Part shown: positions 1 to 9,424 of the stretch, piece by piece
Layout: each line of letters opens with the position of its first letter
How positions within the stretch are numbered: the first letter of the stretch is position 1
Source of the DNA: an uncultured bacterium
GTDB taxonomy: Bacteria; Planctomycetota; UBA1135; GCA-002686595
Assembly: GCA_943787795.1 (NCBI GenBank)
Contig: CALSNU010000002.1
Span: forward strand, 640,001-704,000
Length of the DNA: 64,000 nt
Reading direction: 5' to 3'
Notes under the pieces: model-generated
The model's input: the letters and a program-made list of their open reading frames with translations, nothing else
The model's database searches: none
What the model was told of the DNA's origin: nothing
Position numbers and translations under genes: made by a program

Positions 1-1623
1 GTCCAGAGCGTCCAGATCGAGGGCGTCAGAGACGTCGATCTCGCTGACCTGGTCGCCGGCGGGCGCCGTCCAGAGGTCCTCGGGCGAGCCGATGATGCCG
101 CCGGCGGCGTCCAGCTGGACACCGCGCACGGACTCGATGCCCGTGGCGTTCTCGACGGACCGGTAAGCCACGTTCCAGACGTTGACCGTGCTGGGGTTAC
201 CCGTGGACGGGGAGATGACCACGTTGGTGCGCTCGTACGCGCCGTTGTCGAAGAAGCTCACCGGGCCGAGCGTGCCGTCGGCGGCGACGGTGCGCAGCCG
301 CGGCAGGGTCGAGGTGGAGAACTGGCGCTCCCAGACCACGGCGAACACCGAGCCCGCAGCGGTCGTGCTGTTGCCACCGACGTCGGGCCGGAAGTTGTCC
401 CAGGACGCGGTGGCCTCTCCGATCACGATCGCCGGACCGAGCACGTCGGTGGGGACGTCGAGGATGCGCCCCATGATCTCCGAGTAGCCGGTGATCAGGT
501 GCTCGCGCTCGGCGACCACGAGGAACTTGTCGGAGCTGTTGAGGTTGGCGATCTCCGGGTTGGTCCAGTCCTCGTCGCTGCTGTCGATGTACCGGCTGCT
601 CACGTCCAGCCCGGCCGAGTCGACGGTCGTGCTGTAGATGTCCATGTCGGTCCCCGAGAAGGTGTCCTCGTAGACGTAGGTGAAGCTGTCCGTGGATCGG
701 TCGTAGGCGAGCGCGATGTTGGCCTGGTCTCCCGCGACGTCGTCGACCACGAAGGTGGAGAGGATCGGGTCCACGACGATGGGGCCCTGCGCGGTGCGGA
801 GGAAGTCCCCGGAGACCGTCAGCGAGAGCTTGTCGCCGTCAAGAGAGGCGGGCACCGAGGCCGTCCGGCCCGTGCCGTCGAGCACGATGGCGGCGCTGTA
901 GGTCATGCCGCCGCGGGCACCGGAGAAGTGGAAGCCGCCGCCGTCGGCGGCCTTCTGGAGGTCACTCTTGACGTTCAGCTCGAGGACGAGGTCGCCCTGT
1001 GCGCCGGCGGCGTCGAGGATGAAGGACTGCTCTACCGACTGGTTGTCGATGTCATAGACGACGTCGACCGGGCCGCGATCCAGCACGATGCGGTCGCCGT
1101 CTCGTGAGACGGCGGCGTCCGCGTCGAGGTCGAGCCTGCGGCCGTCGAGGACCGCCGACTCGAGGCGGAACTCCACCGGCCAGTTCCGCTCGGCGTCGGC
1201 GCCGAGGAATGGGATGAAGGTGAAGCCGTCGCGGGAGGCGCGGGCCTTGTAGTCGCGGCCGCGGATCCAGGTGCCGTCGGCGTGCTGGGTGTAGTGGACA
1301 CGGGAGCGGTCCGGGGCGAGGCTCGGGGCCGCGGCTTCGGCCGCAGCGAGCTCCTCGTCCGAGAGCCCGGTGAAGACCTCGGGGGCCGCCGCGTCGAGGA
1401 AGCGCTGTCCCTCTCTGGCGGGGCTCGCGAGGTCGAGCCCGTGGCCGAGGTCCGCGCGGCGGGCCTCGGTCTTCTGGCCGGCTTCGCTGGCGATGGCTCC
1501 GAGGGTCGGGCCCTTCAACGGCGAGGTGGGGAGCTGCTCTGCGGTGCGCTGACCGAAGGCCGGGAGGGCCAAGCAGGCGGCGGCGAAGGAGAACAGGGTG
1601 GTGGTGTGGAGCTTGGTGTTCAT
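1..1623 (-). CDS. Secreted hypothetical surface protein, 3'-truncated by the window edge
   Basis: Absent from the ORF track because no stop lies in the window. Manual translation from ATG 1623 gives MNTKLHTTTLFSFAAACLALPAFGQ (signal peptide), open to position 1 with GC-rich third positions. An N-terminal beta domain ends in 'DFLRTAQGPIVVDP', followed by propeller-like segments. Confidence 0.85.
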   Translation of the reverse strand, partial: MNTKLHTTTLFSFAAACLALPAFGQRTAEQLPTSPLKGPTLGAIASEAGQKTEARRADLGHGLDLASPAREGQRFLDAAAPEVFTGLSDEELAAAEAAAPSLAPDRSRVHYTQHADGTWIRGRDYKARASRDGFTFIPFLGADAERNWPVEFRLESAVLDGRRLDLDADAAVSRDGDRIVLDRGPVDVVYDIDNQSVEQSFILDAAGAQGDLVLELNVKSDLQKAADGGGFHFSGARGGMTYSAAIVLDGTGRTASVPASLDGDKLSLTVSGDFLRTAQGPIVVDPILSTFVVDDVAGDQANIALAYDRSTDSFTYVYEDTFSGTDMDIYSTTVDSAGLDVSSRYIDSSDEDWTNPEIANLNSSDKFLVVAEREHLITGYSEIMGRILDVPTDVLGPAIVIGEATASWDNFRPDVGGNSTTAAGSVFAVVWERQFSTSTLPRLRTVAADGTLGPVSFFDNGAYERTNVVISPSTGNPSTVNVWNVAYRSVENATGIESVRGVQLDAAGGIIGSPEDLWTAPAGDQVSEIDVSDALDLDALD

Positions 1624-1892
1624 CGGATTGGGGGAGGCTTGAGGTGGGGTGTTGGGTTGGGCCCGTTGGCCCGGACACCCCCAAGTGCGCTCCACCGATC
1701 GAACCGGACCGGCGATCCCAAGATCCGTCCCTCGGAAGCCGTAAGTGGCTGTGAGGTCATGGTCTATTGACGGTGTGGTCCCCCCTGAAGCGGCGCTCCG
1801 GGTTCAGACCTTGCCCCCTCGAGCCGCCCAAGGGCGAGAGACACGTCTCGATCTGGGGCCACAGGCCCCTCGGGAGCTGGCGTCGGGCGGCC

Positions 1893-3476
1893 TCAGCAGG
1901 TGCCGCAGGAACCGCCGCCGCAGCCCGCGGCCAGTTCGGCCTCGATGGCGCGCGATGTCGGCGTGACCGACAGGCCGCCCAGGGCGGTGCAGCGCAGCTC
2001 GCGGGCCATGCGCTCGGACACCTCACGGTGGGCGTCCAGGACCTCGTCCAGGGGGATGAGGTGGAGGAAGCCCGAGAGGGCGATGTTGGCGCTGGCGATG
2101 GCGTTGGCGGCGCCGGTGATGTTGCGGCCGAGGCAGGGCGCCTCGACCCGGTTAGCCACGGGGTCGCAGATGAGGCCCAGCACGTTCTGGAGGGCGTGGC
2201 TCGCGGCGCCCAGCGCCGTGGCGGCGCTGCCGCCCGAGAGCTCCACCAGTGCTGCTGCGGCCATGGCGGCGCCCGCGCCAGTCTCGGCCTGGCATCCGCC
2301 GACCTCCGCCGCGAAGCTCGAGCGCGTGGTGACGAAGACCCCGATGAGCCCCGCGGCGAGCATGGCGCGCAGGGTCAGGTCCTCGTCGGCGTTCATGGCC
2401 TCGGCTGCCGCCACGCAGGTGGCCGGGAACGTGGCGCAGGAGCCCGCGGTGGGGGCGGCAACGATCACGCCCATGGAGCTCTTCACCTCCATGAGCGCCG
2501 TCACGTAGAGGATGGCCTGATTGAGCACGCCGCCGTCATGGAGCTCGCCCGCGGCGAGCTTCTCCGCGAACCGGTGGCTCTGGCGCGGGAGCACGCGGTC
2601 GGCGTACTCGGTACCCGCGAGGCCCTCCCTGATTCCCCCTCGGACGATCTGGAGGATGCGCCGCATCTGGTCCATGACCTCCGCCTCGCCCAGGCCGCCG
2701 CGGGCGCACTCGTACTCCAGGGCGAAGGACGAGAGGGGGCGGGTGTCGGGGTCGGCGGTCTCCACCATTTCGCCCGCGTGGAGGAAGGGGACGGTCATGC
2801 CGGCCCTCGAGCGCACCGGGAGGACGGCGGCCATGCGACGTACACGCCGAACACCCGCGAGCCCGGCGATGTCGTCGTCGGAGAGGGCAGCCTTCCCTTG
2901 CGCCGCGACCATGGCGTCTCCGGCCGTCGCCGCCACGTCCACGTCGGACCTCTCCGCCAGCGCCTCGGCGCACCGGGCCGCGTTCCCGTCGAGGTCGATC
3001 AGCGTCACGTCGTAGTCGCCCCGCAGGCTCACCGGGGCGCCGTCGATCTCGATGACCTCGATCATCCCGCCGCCGGTGGAGATGGCGACCATCCGGTGCG
3101 CCTCGCCGCCGCGCCAGAGCGTCATGCGGTAGGTGTTGGGGTGAGGGTCATCGAGGCGGGCGATCTTGATCTCCAACTCGACCCCGGCCGCCGCCAGGTG
3201 CTCCGCTGACTCGCCCAGCCGCGGGTCGTCCGCGTCCCAGCCGAGCAGCCCACCGAAGAGGCCCATGTCCGAGCCCTGGCTGTCGTGGGTGGTGGCCAGC
3301 GACCCCTCGGTGTCGAACTCCACCAGGACCCTGTCGGGCTGGCCGCCGACAAGGTCCCTCGCCATGCGGGCGATGCGCACCGACGCCGCAGAGTGGGAGC
3401 TCGACGGCCCGCGCATCACCGGACCGACCACGTCGTTGAAGATGCTGGGGGGGAGAGTCGTGGCCATGGGGCCCAT
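1893..3476 (-). CDS. sdaA: Fe-S L-serine dehydratase, fused beta and alpha subunits
   Basis: Beta-subunit motif 'SIFNDVVGPVMRGPSSSH'. Alpha-subunit motifs 'IVAAPTAGSC', 'AEVGGCQAE', 'LGLICDPV', 'VEAPC'. The real start is near 3476 or 3467, not 4490. Confidence 0.9.
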   Translation of the reverse strand: MGPMATTLPPSIFNDVVGPVMRGPSSSHSAASVRIARMARDLVGGQPDRVLVEFDTEGSLATTHDSQGSDMGLFGGLLGWDADDPRLGESAEHLAAAGVELEIKIARLDDPHPNTYRMTLWRGGEAHRMVAISTGGGMIEVIEIDGAPVSLRGDYDVTLIDLDGNAARCAEALAERSDVDVAATAGDAMVAAQGKAALSDDDIAGLAGVRRVRRMAAVLPVRSRAGMTVPFLHAGEMVETADPDTRPLSSFALEYECARGGLGEAEVMDQMRRILQIVRGGIREGLAGTEYADRVLPRQSHRFAEKLAAGELHDGGVLNQAILYVTALMEVKSSMGVIVAAPTAGSCATFPATCVAAAEAMNADEDLTLRAMLAAGLIGVFVTTRSSFAAEVGGCQAETGAGAAMAAAALVELSGGSAATALGAASHALQNVLGLICDPVANRVEAPCLGRNITGAANAIASANIALSGFLHLIPLDEVLDAHREVSERMARELRCTALGGLSVTPTSRAIEAELAAGCGGGSCGTC

Positions 3477-3593
3477 GGTATCGCGCCTCGCTGTCCGGTC
3501 TCCCGGGTCCCCCGCGAGGGGGCGTCGCCCGCAGGGCTCGCCTCCCAGGCCATATCCCCCGTCGTGGACTCGGAGAGTCGATATGTTCGCCCC

Positions 3594-4571
3594 GTGAACT
3601 TCCTCATCCTCTCCGAGCGGGACCTCCATGAGGCGCTTCCCATGCGCGACGCCGTGGAGGCCATGAAGGGCGCCTTTGGTGCGCTCTTCGCAGGTGACGC
3701 GGTCGCCCCCCAGCGGATCCACCTCTCCGTGGAGGACCAGGGCGCCGTCTCGTTCCTGATGGGCGCGTATGTCCCGTCCATGGGGCTCGCGACCAAGGTC
3801 GTGTCGGTCTTCCCTCGCAACGAGCGGGCCGGCCGGCCTGTGGTCACTGGGTTGGTGGAGGTCCTCGACCCCGAGACCGGGGAGCCCGACGCGCTCATCG
3901 ACGGGACGGCGTTGACCGCGTGGCGCACCGGCGCCGCCAGCGGCGCGGCCACGGACCTGCTCGCCCGCCAGGACGCCTCGATCGGGGCTCTGATTGGCTG
4001 CGGCGGACAGGGCCGCACCCAGCTGCTGGCCATCGACGCGGTGCGCGACCTCACCGAGGTGCGCGTCGCCGCCCGCAGCCTCGACTCCGCGGAGCGCTTC
4101 TGCAGCGGCATGCAGGACCAGGTGCAGCCCCGCCTGATCCCGGTGGCCTCCGCCGCGGAGGCGGTGCGAGATGCCGACGTGATCTGCGCGGCGACCACCT
4201 CCAGGACCCCGGTGCTCGACGGCGCTGACCTGAAGGATGGGGCGCACCTCAACGGCGTGGGGAGCTTCACCCTCGACATGCTCGAGCTCGACCCGCGTTC
4301 CATCGAGCGATCCACCATCTTCGTGGATGACGTGGAGGCGGCCCTCGAGGAGGCCGGAGAGCTGGTGGCCGCCGAGCGCGCTGGGCTGACCGCGCGGGAC
4401 CAGTGGACGCCCCTCGGGGCCGTGGCCCGTGGCGCCGCGCCCGGACGGAGCCGCGAGGACGAGATCACGCTCTTCAAGTCGGTGGGGCACGCGGTCCAGG
4501 ACGTGGCCGCCGCGTCCCGGGCTTTGGCCCGGGCGCGAGAGCTGGGACTCGGCCTCACCGTGGACCTCTGA
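3594..4571 (+). CDS. Ornithine cyclodeaminase/mu-crystallin family NAD(P)-dependent enzyme
   Basis: Motifs 'LTAWRTGAASG', 'GCGGQGRTQ', 'ADVICAATTS', 'ITLFKSVGHAVQD'. GTG start at 3594. Confidence 0.9.
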   Translation: MNFLILSERDLHEALPMRDAVEAMKGAFGALFAGDAVAPQRIHLSVEDQGAVSFLMGAYVPSMGLATKVVSVFPRNERAGRPVVTGLVEVLDPETGEPDALIDGTALTAWRTGAASGAATDLLARQDASIGALIGCGGQGRTQLLAIDAVRDLTEVRVAARSLDSAERFCSGMQDQVQPRLIPVASAAEAVRDADVICAATTSRTPVLDGADLKDGAHLNGVGSFTLDMLELDPRSIERSTIFVDDVEAALEEAGELVAAERAGLTARDQWTPLGAVARGAAPGRSREDEITLFKSVGHAVQDVAAASRALARARELGLGLTVDL

Positions 4572-4608
4572 GTGCGGGCGTCACCGCCACCGACCCGAAC
4601 CCCCAGCC

Positions 4609-5052
4609 ATGAATCGACGCTTCGCCCTCTTCCTCTGCGCCTCCGTCATCGCGCTCAGCTCCTGTCTGGAGTTTGGAGAGGACGTGAGCACCACGAGCCC
4701 GTCGCCCGCCCAGGTCGACAGGTGCCGGCGCGTGATGTACCTCTCCAGCGGGCAGGACATCACTCCCCTCGGCTTCGAGCTGCAGGACAGCCTCGACGAC
4801 CTGATCCACTTCAAGTTCCGCACCGACGCGTCCGCGCCCGCGGAGATCTTCGACCCGTCCATGGTGGACCCCGCCGCGTTCGATCCCGGGCCCTTCGACC
4901 CCGCCGCGTGCACCGAGGATTGGTGGGGCGGCGCCGAGGGGGAGCTGTTGGTGCTGGACCACCTCGAGCCCGCCCCGGCGCGCGTCCTCAGCGCGTGGGT
5001 CCGGCAGGAAGCGGAAGGGGCGACCGTCTGGGTCCAGTGGATGACCCTCTGA
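4609..5052 (+). CDS. Hypothetical lipoprotein
   Basis: MNRRFALFLCASVIALSSC has a lipobox-like end. Codon pattern is coding-like. Confidence 0.7.
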   Translation: MNRRFALFLCASVIALSSCLEFGEDVSTTSPSPAQVDRCRRVMYLSSGQDITPLGFELQDSLDDLIHFKFRTDASAPAEIFDPSMVDPAAFDPGPFDPAACTEDWWGGAEGELLVLDHLEPAPARVLSAWVRQEAEGATVWVQWMTL

Positions 5053-5120
5053 GCTCCGTTCGGTTCGTTCTCGCTCTCCTCGGTTGCGATCCAAGAGACC
5101 CACGGTGATCCTCTTCCGGC

Positions 5121-5855
5121 ATGGGGGACGCCACCTTCCACTCCACGCATTGGTCCGTCGTCCGCGGCGGGGCCAGCTCCGACGCCGAGCTTCGCCGCGT
5201 GTCCCTCGAGCGCCTCTGCAACCAGTACTGGTTCCCGCTCTACGCCCACCTCCGCCGGAGGGGCCGTGATGCCGACCGGGCGGCCGACCTCGTGCAGGGC
5301 TTCTTCGCCCAGCTCCTCTCACGAGACGGGCTCTCGACGGTCAAGGATGACGTCGGCCCCTTCCGGGCGTGGCTGCTGGGCGCTCTCAGGAACCATGAGC
5401 GGGACGAGGTCGCCCGCGAGCGGGCGCTCAAGCGTGGTGGGGGGGCGGTGCCTATCCCCATCGACCCTGCGGAGGGGGAGCGCCGGCTCGAGCTCGCGGG
5501 GGAGTCCCTCGACGACCCCGCCTGCGCCTTCGACCGGGCCTGGGCCCTGAGTGTCCTCGACCAGGGCCTCCTGCTGCTGGAGCAGGAGATGAAGCGAAGC
5601 GGAGACACCCGCACGTTCGAGGTCCTGGGCCCGCTGCTGTCGATCCAGGGCGATGACCGTCCCCGGGAGCAGCTGGCTCGGGAGCTGGACATGAAGCCCG
5701 TGGCCCTGCGGGTCACCCTGATGCGGCTCCGCCGGCGTTACCGGGAGCTCTTGGTCCAGGTGGTGACGGACAGCGTCGGGTCCGCCGAGGAGGCGGGCCA
5801 GGAGCTCGAGCTCCTCTCCGCGGCGCTCTCGGGCGAATCTCGAGATCCGGTGTAA
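5121..5855 (+). CDS. ECF sigma factor, kinase-associated type
   Basis: 'FHSTHWSVV', 'LERLCNQYWFPLYAHLRRRG', 'DLVQGFF', 'FRAWL', and a C-terminal HTH 'LARELDMKPVALRVTLMRLRRRYRE'. Directly upstream of a Ser/Thr kinase. Confidence 0.88.
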   Translation: MGDATFHSTHWSVVRGGASSDAELRRVSLERLCNQYWFPLYAHLRRRGRDADRAADLVQGFFAQLLSRDGLSTVKDDVGPFRAWLLGALRNHERDEVARERALKRGGGAVPIPIDPAEGERRLELAGESLDDPACAFDRAWALSVLDQGLLLLEQEMKRSGDTRTFEVLGPLLSIQGDDRPREQLARELDMKPVALRVTLMRLRRRYRELLVQVVTDSVGSAEEAGQELELLSAALSGESRDPV

Positions 5856-5876
5856 CGGGGCAGCGGGCCTCCCGTG
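5851..5876 (+). promoter_or_regulatory. Putative ECF-type promoter TGTAAC-N16-CGTG
   Basis: AAC-N16-CGT pattern. It overlaps the sigma gene's TAA stop and lies ~90 bp before the kinase ATG. Confidence 0.4.
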
Positions 5877-5964
5877 TGTCACCCTGTCCAGCCTCGGGCG
5901 CCCCCTAGCGGGGGACCCCGAGGGTCGGACCTCTCGCTCCACGCCACGCCCGCCCAACACTCCC

Positions 5965-8076
5965 ATGCTCCTCGTGCTCGCCCAGGCCTCCGACAGTCAG
6001 TCCTCCCCCATCTTCGATCGGGTGGCGCCATGGATCCAGGCCGGCCTCCTCTTGCTCTTCCTGATCCTGATGACGGGCGTCGTGATCTGGGTCCTGCTCC
6101 AGCTCGCGCGTGCCTCGAAGGGTCCCGCGGGCGACGCGGAGCCGCCCTCCGCGCCCCCGTGCGGGACGCCCGACCGCCCTGTGGTCGAAGCACCCCCCTC
6201 GGACCGTGTTGAGCCGGCTCCTGGGCCGGGACTCGAGCCTGGAAGGGTCGTCCCAGCTGAACGCCACCCCTCCGGTGCGGACCATCTGGAGGCCGCTGCG
6301 AAGGCGCGGGTCTCGTCGGAGGAGCTCGAAGCGCTGCGCGACAGAGTGCAGGCCGAGCTCGACGACTACGAGTTGTTCGAGAGCCTCGGCCGGGGCGGCA
6401 TGGGGGCCGTCTTCCGGGCGCGGCAGGTGAAGCTCGACCGAGAGGTCGCGATCAAGGTGCTGCTGCCCCCCCCCGGCGAGGTCGAGGGGTGGTCCGAGCG
6501 GTTCCAGCGCGAGGCCCAGGCGCTCGCTCGGCTGGTGCACCCCGGCATCGTCTCGGTGCACGACTTCGGCCAGGGCGAGGACCTCGCCTGGATCGTCATG
6601 GAGCTCGTGGACGGGGCCGATCTGCGCCAGATGTTGGAGGAGGGACGGCTGCCCCAGGCGGAGGCCCTGGCCATCGTCCCCGCCCTGTGCGAAGCGCTCC
6701 AGTACGCCCACGACCAGGGCGTGGTGCACCGGGACATCAAGCCCGAGAACGTGCTCTTCGATCGCTTCGGCGGCGTCAAGCTCGTGGACTTCGGCCTCGC
6801 CAAGCTCACCGGCGACGACGGCGCCCTTCAGCTGACCCGCACGGACCAGGCCATGGGCACCCCCCGCTACATGGCGCCCGAGCAGCTGGAGCGCCCCCGG
6901 GAGGTGGACCACCGCGCGGACCTCTTCTCCCTCGGGGTGATCTTCTACGAGATGCTCACGGGGCACGTGCCCGCCGGTGTCGTCGAGCCGCCCTCGCGTG
7001 TGGCCGGCGTCGACGCGGGGATCGACGACGTGGTCCTCTCCGCTCTCGAGCGGGAGCCTGGCCGGCGGCCCCAGAGCGCCGCTGACATCGAGCGTCAGTT
7101 GAAGGGGGTCCGGGACGGCGAGGGGGCGCGAGTCGCGCGGGAGACCCCCGTGGATCACGGGCAGTCCAGCGTCAGCGAGGTCGACGAGATGGAGGCGGCG
7201 CCCCGGCCCTGGAGCGCCCCCAGCCTGCTTCGAAGCTTCGACTGGCCGGACCTCGTCGCGCTGCTGGCCTACCCAGTCAGTGTCATCGCAGCGCTGGTAA
7301 GTCGCTTCGAGGGCGACGGCATCGATCGGGCGATGGGGCGGTTCGACCGGGGCCTCAGGGATTTTGACGCCACCCTCAACTCGGACTATGCGGTCCCGCA
7401 GGACTCGGTCTTCATCCATCAGTGGGCGATGGCCGCATCCCTCCTGCTGCTCGCCGTGCCGGCCTTCTCGATCCTGCTCTGGGCCTTCCAGCGCTGGACG
7501 AAGGCACAGCCTGGCCCCGCGCCCTATCGGTTCCTCTGCTACGTGCCGCTGATCCGCGTCGGGGTCGTGTCGCTCTTCGTCTGCATGTCCTGGGGGCTGG
7601 GCGTCCTGGCTCTCCGGGGGGCTCCCCGCGCGAGCACCGAGGTCGCCGTCCTTGTGTCATTGCTCCTCTCCACAGCCTTCTGCCAGCGCGGCGCCCTTCA
7701 GGCGCGCTGGTCCCGGGCGACGCGACGGACGTTGCTCTATGGGGCCTGGGCCGCCGCGTCGACCGGCGGGCTCACCATGCTGCTGGTGTGGCAGGGCGCT
7801 GGTGGCAGCGTCGGGGCGGAGTCGCTGGTGCCCCTGGCGCCGATGCTGGTCCTCGGGGTCGTCTCCGTTCTGTTTCACCGGGCGGGGCGCCTCCACCTCG
7901 CCACGGTCGCGATGGGAGCAGCCGGTGCCTTGGCCCTCGCCCTCCGCTCGGCGCTCCCGACGACCCTCGGTCTGTCCTTGAGCGGTCCCCGGATCTTGGT
8001 GGGCGCCAGCCTCCTCGCGGCGTTGATGATCTCCGTCATCTCCGCCGCGGGCTCCGCGCCCCGCGAGCGGAGCTGA
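5965..8076 (+). CDS. Membrane-bound Hanks-type Ser/Thr protein kinase
   Basis: GRGGMGAVF, VAIKVL, HRDIKPEN, DFGLAK, GTPRYMAPEQ. One N-terminal TM segment and multiple C-terminal TM segments. Confidence 0.95.
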   Translation: MLLVLAQASDSQSSPIFDRVAPWIQAGLLLLFLILMTGVVIWVLLQLARASKGPAGDAEPPSAPPCGTPDRPVVEAPPSDRVEPAPGPGLEPGRVVPAERHPSGADHLEAAAKARVSSEELEALRDRVQAELDDYELFESLGRGGMGAVFRARQVKLDREVAIKVLLPPPGEVEGWSERFQREAQALARLVHPGIVSVHDFGQGEDLAWIVMELVDGADLRQMLEEGRLPQAEALAIVPALCEALQYAHDQGVVHRDIKPENVLFDRFGGVKLVDFGLAKLTGDDGALQLTRTDQAMGTPRYMAPEQLERPREVDHRADLFSLGVIFYEMLTGHVPAGVVEPPSRVAGVDAGIDDVVLSALEREPGRRPQSAADIERQLKGVRDGEGARVARETPVDHGQSSVSEVDEMEAAPRPWSAPSLLRSFDWPDLVALLAYPVSVIAALVSRFEGDGIDRAMGRFDRGLRDFDATLNSDYAVPQDSVFIHQWAMAASLLLLAVPAFSILLWAFQRWTKAQPGPAPYRFLCYVPLIRVGVVSLFVCMSWGLGVLALRGAPRASTEVAVLVSLLLSTAFCQRGALQARWSRATRRTLLYGAWAAASTGGLTMLLVWQGAGGSVGAESLVPLAPMLVLGVVSVLFHRAGRLHLATVAMGAAGALALALRSALPTTLGLSLSGPRILVGASLLAALMISVISAAGSAPRERS

Positions 8077-8200
8077 GCCGGCCAGGTTCGTCCTCTGCGG
8101 CGCTGCTGAGCGAGCTCCGTGGGCATCGATCAGCCCCGCTAATCGGTGCCCTTTGCGGAGATGAGATGCTCGTGAGCCAGGGGAGGACGAGAATAGCCCC

Positions 8201-8386
8201 ATGCGCTACTTCCTCCTCATCCCCGCCGGGGCGCTCCTCCTCTTTGCCCTCTACGGTTTCCTCCACTCCGGGGAGGCGAGCACTCCTGATTTGATCCTCA
8301 GGTGGCGGGCCGCCTACTCGGCCCTTGGCGCCGCGGTGGTGCTGGTCACCGTGTGGCTCTGGCGACGCATGATCCCCGGCCGCTGA
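8201..8386 (+). CDS. Small two-TM membrane protein
   Basis: 61 aa with two hydrophobic stretches. A GGAGG-like RBS lies upstream. Confidence 0.55.
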   Translation: MRYFLLIPAGALLLFALYGFLHSGEASTPDLILRWRAAYSALGAAVVLVTVWLWRRMIPGR

Positions 8387-8443
8387 GGCGCAGGGCCCTC
8401 GAGGGGCAGAGCCCGCCGGTCACCCCTCCGGGTCACGCGGGCC

Positions 8444-9256
8444 TTACTCGTAGACCTTGACCGCGACGCTCTTGAACTCGATGGGGTGGCTCTCCGCCTG
8501 GAGGGAGATGGTCCCCCGCGAGAGCATGGCCGACTGGCCGAGGTTCATGAGCAGGCGGGCCTTGTCGTCACCCGGATCGAGCTGGGGCTTCTGGTAGGCG
8601 AGCACCGGCTCGCCGTCGATGAGGTGGGTGATGCTCTCGTTGCCGCGGACCTGGAACTCCACGGTGACCCACTCGTCGTCCATGTAGGTCTTGCTCGTGG
8701 AGTTGGTGCAGTGCCGGGTGTGCAGCTTGTCGTCCATGACCACGTGGGTGGCGGGGGTGCACAGGTTGGCCGTGGGCCGGTCGCCGCCGCCGGTGACCTG
8801 GCCCAGGAACTGACCTTCGATGGAGACGGGGAACTCCTGGTCCTTGGGCACGCTCTCCGCGGACTGCCCGTGGAGCATGACGCCGCTGTTGCGGAAGGCC
8901 CAGCCGGGGCCGCCGGGGCACTGCTCTCCGACGAAGCGGTAGGTCACGCGCAGGTCGTAGGAGGAGAGAGGCTCCTCGTAGAAGATGTGCCCGAACTTGC
9001 CGTCGAAGCTCTCGTACTGGTCGTAGCTGACCTTCAGCAGGCCGTCCTCCACGCGGAACGTGTCCCCGTGGTTGTCGCCCAGCTCGTACCCGCGGATCTT
9101 CACCTGCCAGCCGGTGAGGTCCTGGCCGTTGAAGAGCTCGGTCCACTGGGGTCCGGAGGCCACCGGGTCCGCGGTCGGGCCCTCTCCGGAGGAGGCGCAG
9201 GCGGCGGCGAGGGAGGCGGCGATGAGGGCGCAGGGGGCGAGCGGGCGGAGAGTCAT
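8444..9256 (-). CDS. DUF1080 / 3-keto-disaccharide hydrolase family lipoprotein
   Basis: 'WTELFNGQDLTGW', 'NSGVM', 'GTISLQAESHPIEFK'. Lipobox LAAAC. ATG at 9256. Confidence 0.9.
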   Translation of the reverse strand: MTLRPLAPCALIAASLAAACASSGEGPTADPVASGPQWTELFNGQDLTGWQVKIRGYELGDNHGDTFRVEDGLLKVSYDQYESFDGKFGHIFYEEPLSSYDLRVTYRFVGEQCPGGPGWAFRNSGVMLHGQSAESVPKDQEFPVSIEGQFLGQVTGGGDRPTANLCTPATHVVMDDKLHTRHCTNSTSKTYMDDEWVTVEFQVRGNESITHLIDGEPVLAYQKPQLDPGDDKARLLMNLGQSAMLSRGTISLQAESHPIEFKSVAVKVYE

Positions 9257-9424
9257 GGAAGCTGTATGGGGGTGAGGGCCGGGCCGGGATGGGCGGACTG
9301 GATGGTAAGCCACCCCCGGCGATCGGGGTGACCCGCAGGGGGATCACCCGCGCACCGCGCGGGGCCGTCTAAGCTGACCCTCCTCCGCGGCGGCACGCCG
9401 CCCATGCCTCACTCCACGCCACCG

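Noticed and set aside
3477..4490. N-terminal 338 aa of the 865-aa minus-strand ORF
   Set aside because: It is antisense to the OCD gene. Dehydratase homology starts at ~3476.
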